Assembly (NCBI RefSeq): GCF_006345805.1
Contig: NC_043001.1
Location: forward strand, 43,090,001 to 43,154,000
Reading direction: 5' to 3'
DNA: 64,000 bases
DNA from: Octopus sinensis
Lineage: Eukaryota
The translations under genes were made by a program, and so were the position numbers. Of the stretch, positions 11,391 through 26,099 are shown in pieces. Below the pieces are notes generated by a model. The model saw only the letters and a list, made by a program, of their open reading frames with translations. It was not told where the DNA came from and ran no database searches. Positions within the stretch are counted from its first letter, which is position 1; every line of letters begins with the position of its first letter.

Positions 11391-11762
11391 CTAGCTCATT
11401 AAAAAGCACCTTTCAATCATTGGGCGATATGCCATGCTTGTGAAGACCTGTTGAACTGAGTGAAATCATAGTCGTGGCTGATGCCTGTGCTGCCCTAACC
11501 AGCATTTGTGCTGGTGGCACATAAAAAACACCATTCGAACATGGTTGATGCCAGTGCTGCCTGACTGGCTCCTGGGTTGGTGTCATGTAAAAAGCACCCA
11601 CTACACTCCCAGAGTGATTGGCATTAGGAAGGGCATTCAGCTGTAGATATCTTGCCAAATCAGATTGGAGCCTGGTGCAGCCTCCTGGCTTGCCAGTTCT
11701 CAGTCAAACCGTCCAACCCATGCCAGCATGGAAAGTGGACGTTAAACGACGATAATGATGAG
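11391..11762 (+). mobile_element. RTE 3'UTR/tail, shared with dispersed SINE-like copies
   Basis: It directly follows the RT and ends ccatgccagcatggaaagtggacgttaaacgacgataatgatg. The same tail occurs at 51.8, 53.5, 55.8 and 59.4 kb. Confidence 0.8.
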
Positions 11763-12799
11763 AAGCACTCATATGCACACATGTGGAGGTGCTTCTGTGT
11801 ATGTGTGTGTATACATACATAGATATATATTCACAATAACATTCAACATGTGCATGTATATATGCAATGAAAACCATGGTGAAAGCCCCAAAAGTAACAA
11901 AACAATTTTGAAAACAGACCAACAAAAATTTTCGTCACAGACAACATTAAAGATAACTAAAAAAATATATCATATATATGATAATTTTAGAAAAGACCCA
12001 ATGAGCATGATATCTACACTACGTCTAAAAAATTATCGTGAAACTCAAATTATGAAAAAATATTTAACCCTTTAGCATTCAGATTATGCTGTCAACTGTA
12101 ATACTTATTTATTCACACTGTTTTGAATTAACCATGCATTGTCTCATATCTTTGAGATTTCAATAATGTGATTGCTTATTTTTAGAATAACATAGTAGGG
12201 TAGGGTAGCAAACCACATAGAATGCATTCCAAAGCATCAATTATCTGCTGCAGCACATACTTAGTACTGTCTCCTTTTGTTGCCAAGCTCAAACATTTTT
12301 ATATATAGATAACACCCTGTTTGTTGTTCCTTCACCTGTCTCTTTTTTGTTTTTTGTATAATTTTGAACTCTGTGTGTGTGTGTGTGTTGTTGTTGTTGT
12401 TTATGTCATAAGGTTTTAGAAACTTCAAGAGATATAAAATTAATCATTTTTAATTGAAGAATTCAATGTCACTAAAGCTATAAATAAAAGTATTTAAGTA
12501 TTGGTTTGAAGAAACTCTTTGGATGGAACAAGTTTACCATTAAAAATTACTCATTTCACATCTTTTGAAGTTTCTAAATTCTTATGGTATGATGTCACCA
12601 ACATACAGTTCTCACAAAGTTTCTAGGTTAATGGAGAAATTCAAAGGGTTGCTTTGGTACAATGATAAAATATCAGTCATGTTCACACCAGACACGAGTT
12701 CAGATCTCACAAGCAACCTTTGATTTTTTCCATCCAAAGGGGTTTTTTTTTATTCCAATATTCATAGCTTTAACTGCATCATCAAAAACAATACGTGCA

Positions 12800-12833
<34 letters not shown>

Positions 12834-12919
12834 GTATGACAGGCCTCCACATAGTGTCTACCTATCTAATATCACTCAAAATGTATTGGTCAGCCCAAGG
12901 CTAAAGTGCACAGTTTAGA

Positions 12920-13960
12920 GGCAACAGTGATGCCAATCGAGTTTTCTAACTCTTGTCAGAAAAAGCTTCTATATAGTCAATCTCTCTGCTGGAAATAATA
13001 GCCAAATCCTATTCAACTCAAACTAGTAGTATTTTAAAAAAGGACACTGAATAATGTAATTATAGATACAGTTAAAAAAAAAGATGAGATAGTCACAACT
13101 GGAATGTCTTTGATATTCCAGCAATACGCTTTAACTATGCTACTCATATTGTTGATTAGATTCTTATTTCCTAACTTAAGCTTTATCATCACTTTTCTCA
13201 ACTCACATTCAATTACTTTGATTACCATACCACCAAAATGTTATAGAATGTAGCACCCTCTATACCCTGATGATTTAAACCAGCCAGTTGATTTGATCTT
13301 TGCATGAAGTATTCTGTTTATCCAAGGTGAAAAACCATTTTCTACAGCTAGTACCATCCAATTGAAACACCTCTTACACCATTGTCATAAAAACGTATCT
13401 ATAAGAGATACATATACCAAAGACTTTATTCAAAGAATAATGCTATAACACAGTAAAGGAAAGTAGTCACCCATCATAATTTACATTGTTATAGAAACCC
13501 AGGATCACAAAATTCACCCTCCCTTAAGGAAAACGATAAACTATGGCATTTTAAAAGCAGCAAGAGTTAACAGTTATAGTTGGAATAGATTTTTGTACTA
13601 ATACAATTTAACACAATTAAAAAATTACAAATTAAGTCTTTCAGGTGATTTGTTAGCTTTCTATCGATAACAAGGTTCATCAATAAGAGCAATAAACTTG
13701 AGAAGGCAAAGTAAAATGATTTTTCCATCTCTGCCAGTCAAAGAGTCTTCCTCTTAAAAAATAGTATTATGATGGACTAAAAGATGAGGACCAGGGTGTT
13801 ATTAGGATCTGGAAATGACTTAGCAATTGGTAAGTCTAACTCTATGCACTTGAGTATTTTATCTGACAAATAATGGAGTGTTACTATTGAACTACTTTTC
13901 CAAACAAAGTCAAACTTGTTATTATATGACAGTTGTTTAAACTTCCTCTTCTAAGGGGTC
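12920..13960 (-). mobile_element. Decayed Ty3/Gypsy pol relic, copy A (RT thumb, RNase H, integrase start)
   Basis: Homologous to copy B: cataTACCAAAGACTTTATT...AATAATGCT at about 13412 versus about 14856, and aaaagcagcaagag versus aaaagctgcaagag. A FDW..W..HF-like RT-thumb motif is present. Confidence 0.55.
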
Positions 13961-14029
13961 ACTTTTGCATATGCATGCATGCATGATTTTTTTATAAGGA
14001 CATGGCTAAAAGAAATTAGACAAGAAGGT

Positions 14030-15620
14030 TAGGGATGCAGTCTGAAGAATGGTGTCTAAAAAGAAAGAGACAATCATGAATTTCATCAGTTAACTGTTGA
14101 GAGTCAACATCTAATTGTGAATAAAGTATTTCAAAAAGCACAACTTTCCAAGATTCTGAAGGATCTTATGGCTTTAAATATAACATTACTGACTTCTGTA
14201 CAATCTGATCAATTTTTCTCTTGGTCTATTTTCTCCGTGGTTGTAAGAGCAGGATGCTGCTTTGTACATTTCCTTGTTTTAGGAAATTTCACACTTTCAT
14301 AGACATGAACTGAGTTTCTTTATCAGTGTTGACAGTACTGGAAGTTCTGGCTAGAGAAAATACCTTTTGTAACAAGTAATGTGATTAATCATCAACTGCC
14401 ACTAAAAGGTATTTGTTTTGAGATACCAACTGTTTAGCTTCCACAAAATCCAATGAAATAAGCTCCATAGCCTTTACAAGATGTTTATGCATAGGATTGT
14501 AAATTTAAGCTTTAGTTCAGAGCACATTCAACAGTTTTAACAAAACCCTCATTCACCAGTTTAATATTGATATTCTTTAAGCAATTATAGTATAGATACC
14601 CCTTAACATTGATATCCGTCAAACAATTTATCACATCCTTGTAACTGTCACGATCTGTGTTGAAACCAAATACTTTGTGAGATATGAAGGCATATAATCT
14701 GTCAAGCTCATGGAATTTTCGAATGTATATAATCAGAAATTCCAAAGTGGCTGACACCAGTTGAGAAGGAATTGCTTTGAGTCTTTCTAGCTATAAAATT
14801 GTGTTTATATTTGATTTATTAAATAGATTGTCATAAGAATTAATGATAAAAGTTCCATATACCAAAGACTTTATTTGACAAATAATGCTTCAGGCTTAAG
14901 TAAATCAAAGCACCAGCCCATCATATAATATATCAAGTAATCAAAAGAACATAGATTCACAGGCAATTCATTTTTCATTCCACAAAGTTGTAGAATTCAC
15001 TAAAAAGACATTTATTTAAAATGACTCCAAGTAACAAAAGCTGCAAGAGCTGTAGGCCTTATCCATTAATGCTAGCCAATTTATTCGTTGTTTTTGCAAA
15101 TGATGGCAAACAGATCATCAAAAAAGCAAAAGTCCACTAATAAGATATAAATTTATCAACCAATGTATTTTTACCTCTAACAAACACACATCTGCTATTT
15201 TTCATCACATCCATTGTTCAACCCAAATGGTTTTATTAGAGGTCCCACTAACATACAGTTGGCTACTTTTGCTTCTCTCAGTAAATCTTTCAAATTGCAT
15301 CTTGACCTTTTTACTTATTTAACTTCTCAGTTTCTCTGGTTTCTTTTTAGCAAACATTTTTCTTAAAATGAAGCTTAGGCTATGAAAGTATATCTATTCT
15401 AGTTTCTATCTTTTGTAAAATATTCAACCCTATCTCTTGCATGAACAACTATACTGCATATAGTGTGTATAATTGAATATTTTATGTTGGCACAACTTCT
15501 GGACTTCCCTGTTTCTTTGAATTGCATATTCACTCCACCAGAAATGTTAGCATCGGACTGACATTTCCCATCAATGAGGTTCTGCCATATGTTCTCCAAT
15601 TACATGTTTTTATTACTTAA
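14030..15620 (-). mobile_element. Decayed Ty3/Gypsy pol relic, copy B (RT, RNase H, integrase)
   Basis: Minus strand: KPFGLNNG and LCFFDDLF (RT), ALIYLSLKHYL (RNase H), ELISLDFVE...NKYLLVAVDD and VNTDKETQFMS (rve integrase). Many stops. Confidence 0.78.
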
Positions 15621-16227
15621 ATACTAAATATTCTACAATTCCTGTCTCTTGTTTCCTGGAATTGAATAAACAGTTGTTTTTCTGAAAGAAATGATACACA
15701 AACTAGTTCTATACCAATACACAGTTGACATTAGGCCATTTAAGTTACAAACATGTCAGCTTCAATTAAAGTTATACGACATCAGCTTCCTGAGAAGGTT
15801 GCATTAAAAAATGCCATATGAATTCCTAGAACCTTAATTAGTCTAATAAAGGATGATGTTTTCAGGAGAATATTTGTATTGATAATAACCTAAAATATAA
15901 TTAGCCTATTTTCTTTCTCTATTTTCGCTTCTATTTTTTCTATTTGTTCACCACTATAATTTACTACTAAGACTTTGGAAACCATAATTTTTTTCACGTA
16001 TTTGATGAGAATATATATCATTTGATAGATGTAGCAAATTTTTTTTCTTTGTATAATTTGTCTTTATTTTTATCTGTCACTCATGCTAAATTGTCTAGTA
16101 TACAAGCTGGATACATTTAACCTCACTGTTAAACTTGCTTTTTTGTCTTTTTAAGTTCTTGAATAAGGTATCACTTACTGGTGATGTACAAAAAAAGAAT
16201 ATTTTATAAGTATACATAGATATGTCA

Positions 16228-16265
<38 letters not shown>

Positions 16266-18138
16266 CACATTTTTAGAATATGATTGTCTATATTCTGTTT
16301 ATCCACACAATTTTTATTTTATCATCTAGGAGTACATTTTTCATAGTCAACATCAACTCCAGAAATGCCGTCTGGTTTCAGAAACTTAATATTTTTACTG
16401 TCACCTTCACTTGATTGATGACATGGATTAATTTTCTGTTATGATTATATTTCAAAAGAATATTTGAGAAAGAATTTAATAAAACTTTTTGCTGACCAGG
16501 CCTTGGAGTATCTTATTTCTGTAACTCCAGCTTTCCTCTGGAAGATGTGCCCACCAAGGGACATTGAATTAGCATCAATGTTATTTGAATGATCAGTTCT
16601 TTGAAGTATTTAGAACAAATGATGAAAAATATATATGAAAGTAAGATTGATTAAGTTATATCAGCTATCTAAAGTAATCAGTGAAATTTCACCCAGCTTT
16701 CATATATTCATCATTCCTAAATAATAGTATGGATCATCTTACATAGAAATGAATTTATGAAGCAGAAATTAAATGGTTGATATGCATATCTATTGTCACT
16801 GAACAAATGTAAAGTTATTAGGTTTTTTGTTTTGTCTTTTATTCTTTGCACCCGCACATGCGTGCATGCGTGCATGCATGTGTGTGTGCATGTGTGTGAA
16901 CTTCATTCTTAATTTTCAATAATTGAACTGAAAAACAAAGAAACAAAGATGATTGTTCTCATATGTGTAGATGGATATAATGACCAAATAATTAAATTCA
17001 AAAGTCATTAAATCAAGATTCTTTTTTGTTTTCCCTAAAGCTATTTCTAACATCCAGCATTTATTTGATTAACAGATTCATAGCTGTTAGTCTTGTTTCT
17101 TGTTTATTCTTACTTCCTCTTTGTCATAGCTATGGTTGTGACAGTTTTCCAAAATATACATTGTATATACCAGTTGTACATGTGTTCATTATTTGTAGTC
17201 CTAGGCATGGGGTTTCTCTTGCCCTTAAAAATGAATAAAGCTCACAAGGATTGGGAGGGTTAAAGGTCTCAAAGTAAATGAATAGTTTTAATATAAGATA
17301 GACTTTATTATAAGTTACATTTATAAAAATTATTGCTTTTTCTGGGACACAGCTGAAATTTTTTTATTTATATAAAAACTTTTTATTTATATAAAAACCT
17401 TTTATTTATATAAAAAACAGTAATGAGCATACAATACCACTAACAGTTAAGGTTTTAATATAAATGATATCAGATATTATATATACCAATCTGAGTCAGA
17501 AGAAGAGCAATATTGCCGTTGATGTGACACAAACATGTCTTTATTCCTTGCCAAATTATTATGTTACTGATTACAACGCAAACTGACTGTCATTCTAGTT
17601 CCCAAATTAAGTACCATAAATTACTTTTTCTGCTACTTCTGTTTAACTGTGCTGTTTTATTTTCACAAGTTCTCTCATCTGTTTCATAGATAATTCATTT
17701 CATAATTCTTCAATCACCAAAATAGCAGCTGAATAGACCATTCTACAAATGTCCAACATACGATGTTCAAAGTTTGTGATGAAAAGTGGGCTTTGCTCAT
17801 TTTCTGTCTCAAATTAGTGCTTACAATGATTATGATCATCTACACTATTATTTTAATATTTTTTAAATGTAATGTATATGATTTATACAGAGAGGAGCAC
17901 CTATACATTTCTTCAGTTAGTAAGGCAGTTTGTCTGTTGCTAGTTGGTGTTGCTCTTTAACCCTAAGTATTCCCTGATTGAGTACACCTGTATTTAAAGG
18001 CTTTCAAACCATGACTATTTTGTTGTTATTGTTTTGTTTTGTTTTTTTCATTTTCAAGAATAATGTACCCTGGACAACATTATACAATATGGAGTTTTAT
18101 TTAAAGAGAGAGATTGTTGAAATTTATCTGCTAGTTGT

Positions 18139-18450
18139 GAAGGTGCATGGCTTAGTAGAAAGGGTATTCAGTTCCTGATCATAAGGTTGTGAATTTGATT
18201 CCTGGTGGTACAGTGGGTCTTTGAACAAGACACTTTATTTCACATTGCTCTAGTCCACACTCAGCTGGTAAAAATGAGTAATACCTGTATTTCAAAAAGC
18301 AAGCCTTGTCACACTCTATATCCTGCTGGATCTCCCTGAGAACTACATGTCTGTGGAGTGCTCAACCATTTGCATGTTAATTTCACAAGCAGGCTGTTCC
18401 ATTGATCAGATCAACTGGCACCCTCATCGTCGTAACCAGCAGAGTGCCAG
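18139..18450 (+). mobile_element. tRNA-derived SINE
   Basis: Head with A-box-like TGGCTTAGTAG and B-box-like GAATTTGATTCCTGG. The 3' end tcatcgtcgtaaccagcagagtgccag is also seen inverted near 57135-57172. Confidence 0.6.
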
Positions 18451-19224
18451 TTATTTGTAATAGATGAAGCAATTATTTAGAGGTACCAGTACTTTAACCT
18501 CCTAGATATAATAGCCAAACCTGCCTCAAATCACACTTCAACAATAGACATAGAAAATGTAATCCTAAAAAAACTATGATTAGATAGTCAAGGTTGATTA
18601 TAAGTTAATTGGGGCTTACCTGAAGTTAAACAACAACGAGTATATATTTTCCTATGCTTCTTCATATAATATTTTTAAAGACATTATTGTTTCAACAGAG
18701 TAATATTACTGTTTTGGTTTGCTTTTTGGTCCAAGTACTCTCTTATGCCATCTCAAAAAATTTATTCTTTATACCTGATATCATAACATTGAGTTATATT
18801 CACAAAACAGTACAGTTATTATTTTTGCATAAAATTATGCATAGCTTTGATAGAATAAGAATTTGTCATTCAAGGAAAGTGATGCTGATTTACATGAACA
18901 ACTGTTAGTCAATAAAAGAATTTAATAAAATGTTTACTTACACATGTTACAAAAACAGTTTTTCATTTTTCTTTACTTTCATGCAAAGCCTGAAGAGTCT
19001 ACAATCCTGCTGACAGTGAAAAATTTATAAAACACATGTATTAATTTTTATATTTAAGTATACATAACTTATACAAATCACTCATTCACATTCATTGCAT
19101 TCATTTACTGGATTTTACTCCAATGCATACATAACTGGCTCAATTTTTTTCTCTTTAATATCTCCAACAAAAAATACAACAAACATCACCACTGATCACA
19201 ATTAGACATCTATCTAATTGTGTT

Positions 19225-19629
19225 AACAGGGAAATGCTATAGAAGAACTTGCTAACCATAAGGACAGACGTTCACCTTGGTAATGCCAAACCACAGACAT
19301 GCCAGAAGTTACTGGGAATTTTTTGCTGCACCACCCACATTCACCTGACCTTGCAACTTCAGATTTCCATCTATTTCAGTCTCTTCAAAGTTCATTGAAT
19401 GGACAAACCTTCAATTCTGAAGAGGATGTTAAAATTCACTTAGAAGATCTTTTTGTCAGTAAAAACAGGAAATTCTTTGAGTAGAGGATTACAACTCTGC
19501 CCACAAGGTGGCAGCAGATACTGGAATGAAACAGTAATTATATTATTGATTGAATAAATCATTTTGTATCTCAAACTTGTATCTCATTTTTGCTTCAAAA
19601 ACTGAACAAACTTTTTGGCCAACCCAATA
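19225..19629 (+). mobile_element. 3' half of a mariner transposon with right TIR
   Basis: HPHSPDLATSDFHLFQSLQSSLNGQTFNSEEDVK (YSPDLAPSDYHLF motif). It ends ...aactttttggccaacccaa|TA. Confidence 0.85.
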
Positions 19630-21559
19630 CAAACTCAAATGCAGTTGGCAGAAATAGTACTAGATTAAATAATTTACTAATTTGTTTTATCCTTCTGCAT
19701 CATGATTCCAAATAGTACAAGAGATGACTTTTCCTTTCATAGATGATAAAATATCCACTAATTATGAACTGGGATTGATTCAATCGACCATACATCTTTA
19801 GCATTGAGCTAATGTAATAAATTAATATCAAAACAACTTTGGTATTTGTAGTTTTTACTGATATTGTCATATTATTGTAAAACCTGATATTGCTTTATTC
19901 TCTCATACATATGTCTTTTTAATACCCACTCACTTTGCACTTAATTAGTTTTCAAAACCTTTAGCCTTATTAGACTATGATGGAAATAAAGCAAGGCCAA
20001 AGAAAAATACAATATTCAAAGAGTAGTCTAATTTTATTTTCAAAAGTTAATTATTCAAAAGTAGCCTTTTTGCCATTTAAATTTGACATGCTATCATGAA
20101 TATAAAAATGGTGAACAATAGAATTCATGTTGCTAAATGTGTATGAATGGGTTATTTCTGGAGTTTAAAAAATGAACAACAAGGATTGAAATCTCTGTTT
20201 TTAATTTGACAATAAACAGAATCATGTTTCCAATAATTCTAATTGTTAAAAAGTATACCCAAAACCACAACTGTTTCAGGGAATTATTTAGTTTATTCAT
20301 TTTTGTTTCATGATCTATTTTCTTTATAACGATCGACTCAAGTGCTAACACTAATTGATACCTTTCTTTTGAGTAATGTCCTTCAAGCAATATCAGAAAG
20401 TGGAATGTGTGTAAAAAGGGATTATTGTTATATGGTTATAAATTTTAAATTCTTATTGACACATTTCTAATACACATATATAAATCACTTGTAAACACTT
20501 ATCATGCAGACACCTACGCATTCTGATTCTCAGTCATTTAAAATATAGTTCATATAAGAAAAAAATTATAAAATTCTTACAAAAATAACAAAATGCAAAT
20601 AAAAATACAAAAAAAATAGTTCTATTTTAATGCAATGAAAGTCTAAAAGCCTTTATTATGTGAATTAACTCTTGGGCTCACAATGTATAGATTATTATTT
20701 CAAATTTCTTGTTTTATTTATTGAAATTCCTATGAGTTAGTAGTCAGATAAAAATAAAAACAAGCAGATACTGAAATGTGTATTTGGGAAGTTTACTTTG
20801 TACATTTAACATGAAATTATATTTATATTTAAAAAACCCTCAATGATTATCCACTGCACCACCTCTATGATCATATTGATCATCATCATGTGCTTTAGTT
20901 GCTCTAATCTTTCAATATTTAAACATTTCAAGTATTTCTACATAGTTTTTCATTTGACTAATTTTAGTGTTGAGTTGTTGTGTTTTTTTACATGGTTTCC
21001 TAGTCTTTAAATCTACACTTACTTTCAAAAGTACTGTTCACTATTATTGACTAAGTTTTCTGCCATCTGGATACTTATGTTATTCCAGAACAGAGGTCTA
21101 CAATATTAGTACTATTAATACTAATGCTTATTGGTTCACAACAGACACTACTCAAGTGTGTCTTCATATAGTGAATCAAGAATAAATCCACCTGATGGAG
21201 TCCATTATTTTACAAGATATAATCACTGGGGAAATTTAGCTTGATTCTGCAAGCTAACAAAATCCTTGTGAAATTCACAATACTACCACTATTTAGACTG
21301 AAAACTTGCTCCTACTATGCAGCTTTTATTACAGCTACATAGACTGGAGTATCTGATGTTTAAGAGAGCTAACCACAGGTACAGTAATGCACTGGTGGCA
21401 AAATATAAGCCATCAAACTATCAGCTTACTGTTGTAGGGAATTAGTAATAATGGTACACCCCTCCCACATGACAAATAGAATAACCTAGAGAAATACATG
21501 AAGTACCAGAGTACACAGTAGGTGGTCAAGAGATTGTTGTGTCTTTACTGGTTTTACTA

Positions 21560-23300
21560 AGTATACTGTATACCAAAGTGAGCGTTATATCAATTCAGCA
21601 CTTGTTGGCAAAAAAAAAATGAAGAAATTGCTTATATTCCAGCAAATCCCTATATCTGTAATACTTCCTTCAATTTATTATATGGAGACATATATAACAA
21701 AAGTAAACTTTACACTGAGATGAGACTTTACTAGATAAAGGATCATGCAAAGAGAAATAAAAGAAGATAAGTTTTGAGTAGAAAGAATAACATCATCACT
21801 CTAAAGTTGGTCCAAGTTGAATTATTGGCTATACTTGAGAAAATATGAATAACCAACTAAAGGTAGTGAGTTAGAAGAAATGACAACAAACCATCTTAGA
21901 AAATGGTTAACCCAATAGTTAATGACTTTTCATCAATAAACCTAGTGAGTTAAATAGATAACATAAAATTCTTGGTAAATTTATGTAATGACAAAATTAA
22001 TATTGTAACATGTATATTTTTTTATTCCTGGAAATGAAGATGGATTTTAAATCACAAGCAGCAGCTTGGAAGTTTGTAGAATGATCCTGGAGGTATTTTG
22101 AACACAGTCATTCTGATTAAAAATTTCATTCCAAACAAACTCAGCAGTTTGATTTTGATCATCAGCCATGTTTAGTTCCACTAAGATATTAAAATATTCA
22201 TGAAATGACTTCATAGTCTTTGTTTTGGAACTCAATCAAGTTTCAGATTCAGATTTAATAACTATCGGTGTGGCATCTTACAGCTTTTGCCAACAAGAGG
22301 TTGAGCATGAAAAGAATAAATAAAGTGGATGAATTGCATGGCAAAACATTACCATCAATATATCATGATTAGCGACATGCACTCTAACCAAATTAAGAGA
22401 ATGATTATTGCAATTTACAAAAATGGTTTTGCAATTTTTCACATTAATCCTCTGTCAACCATCCCTTTTATAATCAGCCATAATGGCAGTATTGTCATAC
22501 CATCGAGGCCAACAGTTTCTTAATGGCATTTCCTTTTTTTTACAAATTGTTCCAAAATTAATTCCTCCATGTTTTCAGCATTCTTTTATTTTAATTTTTT
22601 ATCTCCAAGAAAAGCTCTTTGTATAAAATTGCTTTCTTCTTTAAATCAATATCAACAAAAACACTGTTACTTTTTTTTTTTCAATTTGTTCTCAATGTAC
22701 TTGATCTGGAGTAGAATCAAATATAAGATCAAACGTATTTACCTTATAATTACAATGTAGCAGTTTCACTCCAACAGTAGAACATATCTGCTGAATAAAT
22801 TAATTATTCTGCACTAATGAAGATTAAATATGATATTTTTTCGGGGTTCTTTTTCACATTACTCAGATGATCTTTTATGACAGGATCAAAGTTCACCAAT
22901 AATTTAAAAACCTCCAAAATTTCCAAAATTACTTTCCTCTTCTTGTGATTCATTGTGGCCAAAAGGAATGAAAAATTCTGTAGAAATTATCTTATTTATA
23001 TTTCTCTGATGCAATTTGAGCTTAAAGTTCTGGCAGTGTTTTTCCTCTATACTCTAAAAGATTTCTTTCCATTTCCTTCCATACGGTAAAGTATTAATAA
23101 TAATTTTTTGCCTTTTCATGGGTGCTATGCTAATGATTGGATCCATTGTGATGTTCTTATGAAAAGCAACAAGTATTAGAAAAACAATAAACCACAAAAG
23201 CAAGAGCTGCTTTCCTATCTACAGAATAAACAAACGATGTTTCCTAAATCTTCTAAAGAATCTTTCATTCAAATATGGGGAATCCAATATAACTATTTCT
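21560..23300 (-). mobile_element. Decayed hAT transposase (TTF zinc finger / DUF4371, ZMYM1-like type)
   Basis: Minus-strand remnants in order: YSVDRKAA.FV.YCF (TTF-like), GNF...LLVNFDPVIKDHL...KISYL, YDNTAIMA...IFVNCNNHSLNLV (CxxH), LYLFFSCSTSCWQKL...KS.SET*, and LPTSAE..RS near 21590. Many stops and frameshifts. Confidence 0.82.
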
Positions 23301-23632
23301 ATCTACAGGGCATCTGATAAAATTACATGACATTGATATTTTATCAAACACCATGAAACCTACACTGTGGTGATATAGTTTGTGCTATGTTTTCCTGTTT
23401 TATGGTTTTCAAAGTTTTAATATTTCTGTCTCTCTGGAAGAAATCTCTGGTTCTTGAAAGACATTTAATTCTTCTTCAGAAATAGGTTGACAGGTTGTTC
23501 ACAATTTTGAAGTAGATAATTTTGATGAAAGACTAAAATGAATATATGTTCATAAAACCACTTGTTTGCTTCAAAGTCGAATTTTCTAGAAAAAGAAAGA
23601 AACCCTCTTCAGTCCGGGTTGTCTTTGTTCAT

Positions 23633-25106
23633 TTGCCAATCACTTTATAGAGTATATTGGATGCATTATAACATGACACCAGCATTAAAGAGGTTGCCTC
23701 CTCAAAGCTTGCAAAGACTGAACTAGGATCCTCAAGCAACATTCTTTGACTGCTTTTCACTTAGCCATAACACCACAGAAAAGAAAGGAAATGTTTTTAT
23801 TGAAGATTCTGCAAAAATAATTTGTTTCAAGTTAAGTTAGTTTGTGGAAAGCCAACTTTACATTTGCCTCTTAATTCTGCAGCCTAAACTTGTGCACAGA
23901 CATAAAAGAACACATGCTATTAAAGAGAAGAATTCAAAATCCAAATATATTTTATACTGATCCTCCTTATTATTGCAGCTCACATTATATGTGATGGTTA
24001 CCTTGCCAAAGCTTTTCTAATAATACTACATATACACCTACGCTGATCTCTAATATGAACAAGGATATATAAAATCAATGTGAGATATCAAACCACTTAT
24101 TGCCAGGTTGAGATTTTTTAACAGGTTTGTTCATCCTTTGCTGGCATGTGGTATAGGATACTGCCTCCTATGAAATGTCCTCTGAAAAAATTCTAATGTA
24201 ATAACTACTTGCTCTTATATTACATGTAAATATTTATATATATGTATGTATGTACGATATAGTGTATATTTAAACACATTGAGAATCCACTTATAGGGAT
24301 TCTACGCATTAGAAAGAACAGCTAGGTTCTATGACCACAAAAAATTGGGATAAAAATTCGACAGGAATAAATTTGGAAATGAAAAACATTTATCATCTAG
24401 TATCCTGGACCAATTAGTTTCTAATCATGTTTTAGTGGGTCATAGAGAACTCACAAGGTTTGATTTTCTTCAGCAGGTCCAACCTAGTGTTAAACATATC
24501 CACACGAGACAAACAAGGCTACCTGTCTCGTGTTTATACGAACTAACTTTTCAAATTTACTGCGCAGACGCAGTCCTTCGTTGGCTACAATAAAAAACCG
24601 CCAACTTATTAACCGAAAATTATCCAAAAACTTACAATATTTAATCATATCAAAGGGAAATGGAATTTAATTAAAATTAAAAACATTCAATCAAAATTTA
24701 CATTTCCAGTGGTCTAACGCGTAAAAAAATTTTAGTCAAAAAGTTCTCCATGACTCGCTAAAACATGATTAGAAACCAATTGGTCCAGGATACTAGATGG
24801 TAAATGTTTTTCATTTCCAAATTTATTCCTGTCGAATTTTTATCCCAAATTTTTGTGGTCATAGAACCTAGCTGTTCTTTCTAATGCATAGAATCCCTAT
24901 AAGTGGATTCTCTATGTGTTTAAATATACACTATATCGTATGACTAATATATAGTCTTTTCTGTGGTGTTATGGCTAAGTGAAAAGCAGTCAAAGAATGT
25001 TGCTTGAGGATCCTAGTTCAGTCTTTGCAAGCTTTGAGGAGGCAATCTCTTTAATGCTGGTGTCATGTTATAATGCATCCAATATACTCTATAAAGTGAT
25101 TGGCAA
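23633..25106. repeat. Outer inverted repeat: 152-bp arms at 23633-23784 and 24955-25106
   Basis: ttgccaatcactttatagag...caccacagaaaaga versus its reverse complement. I saw one substitution (gaggttgcc/gagattgcc). Confidence 0.92.
24255..24938. mobile_element. Foldback/MITE with about 195-bp TIRs, TA-flanked
   Basis: TA|CGATATAGTGTATATTTAAACAC...GAGAAC (to about 24450) is mirrored by GTTCTC...CACTATATCG|TA (about 24743-24938), with few mismatches. There is an inner 10-bp hairpin ACACGAGACA/TGTCTCGTGT near 24502-24534. Confidence 0.9.
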
Positions 25107-25690
<584 letters not shown>

Positions 25691-26099
25691 TCAGATAACC
25701 CCTCCCTGAAAAAAAAAAACAAAAACCCACGCAGAAATGACCTCACATTTACCTCACTCAAACTACAGACAATTTAGGGGACATGACTCCACCGGCCTAA
25801 CTTCTATTAAACCCCAAAATAACATTCAAACAACAAATAGGAATTCAGCTCGTAATAGAAAGTCCGGACGTAATTTTCAAGGACCCCTACATACAAATCA
25901 AAAGATCCTTCCAACCCTCCAGACTAACCTAGGGAATCACTACCTATCAGTCTACCCCCAACATCTAACAGTCAATGGAAAAATTTACCTCCCAGACTTA
26001 ACCCTCAATATGGATACTTAAAGCATTCAACTAGACACAACCTAACTAGACAACATAACTTCTTTAGCGATGTTGTGTCATCTATTCATTATGAGTTTG

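Noticed and set aside
20133-20390. piggyBac-like C-terminal similarity (LKQLWFWVYF...)
   Set aside because: A single weak motif, with no catalytic residues or TTAA-flanked TIRs found.
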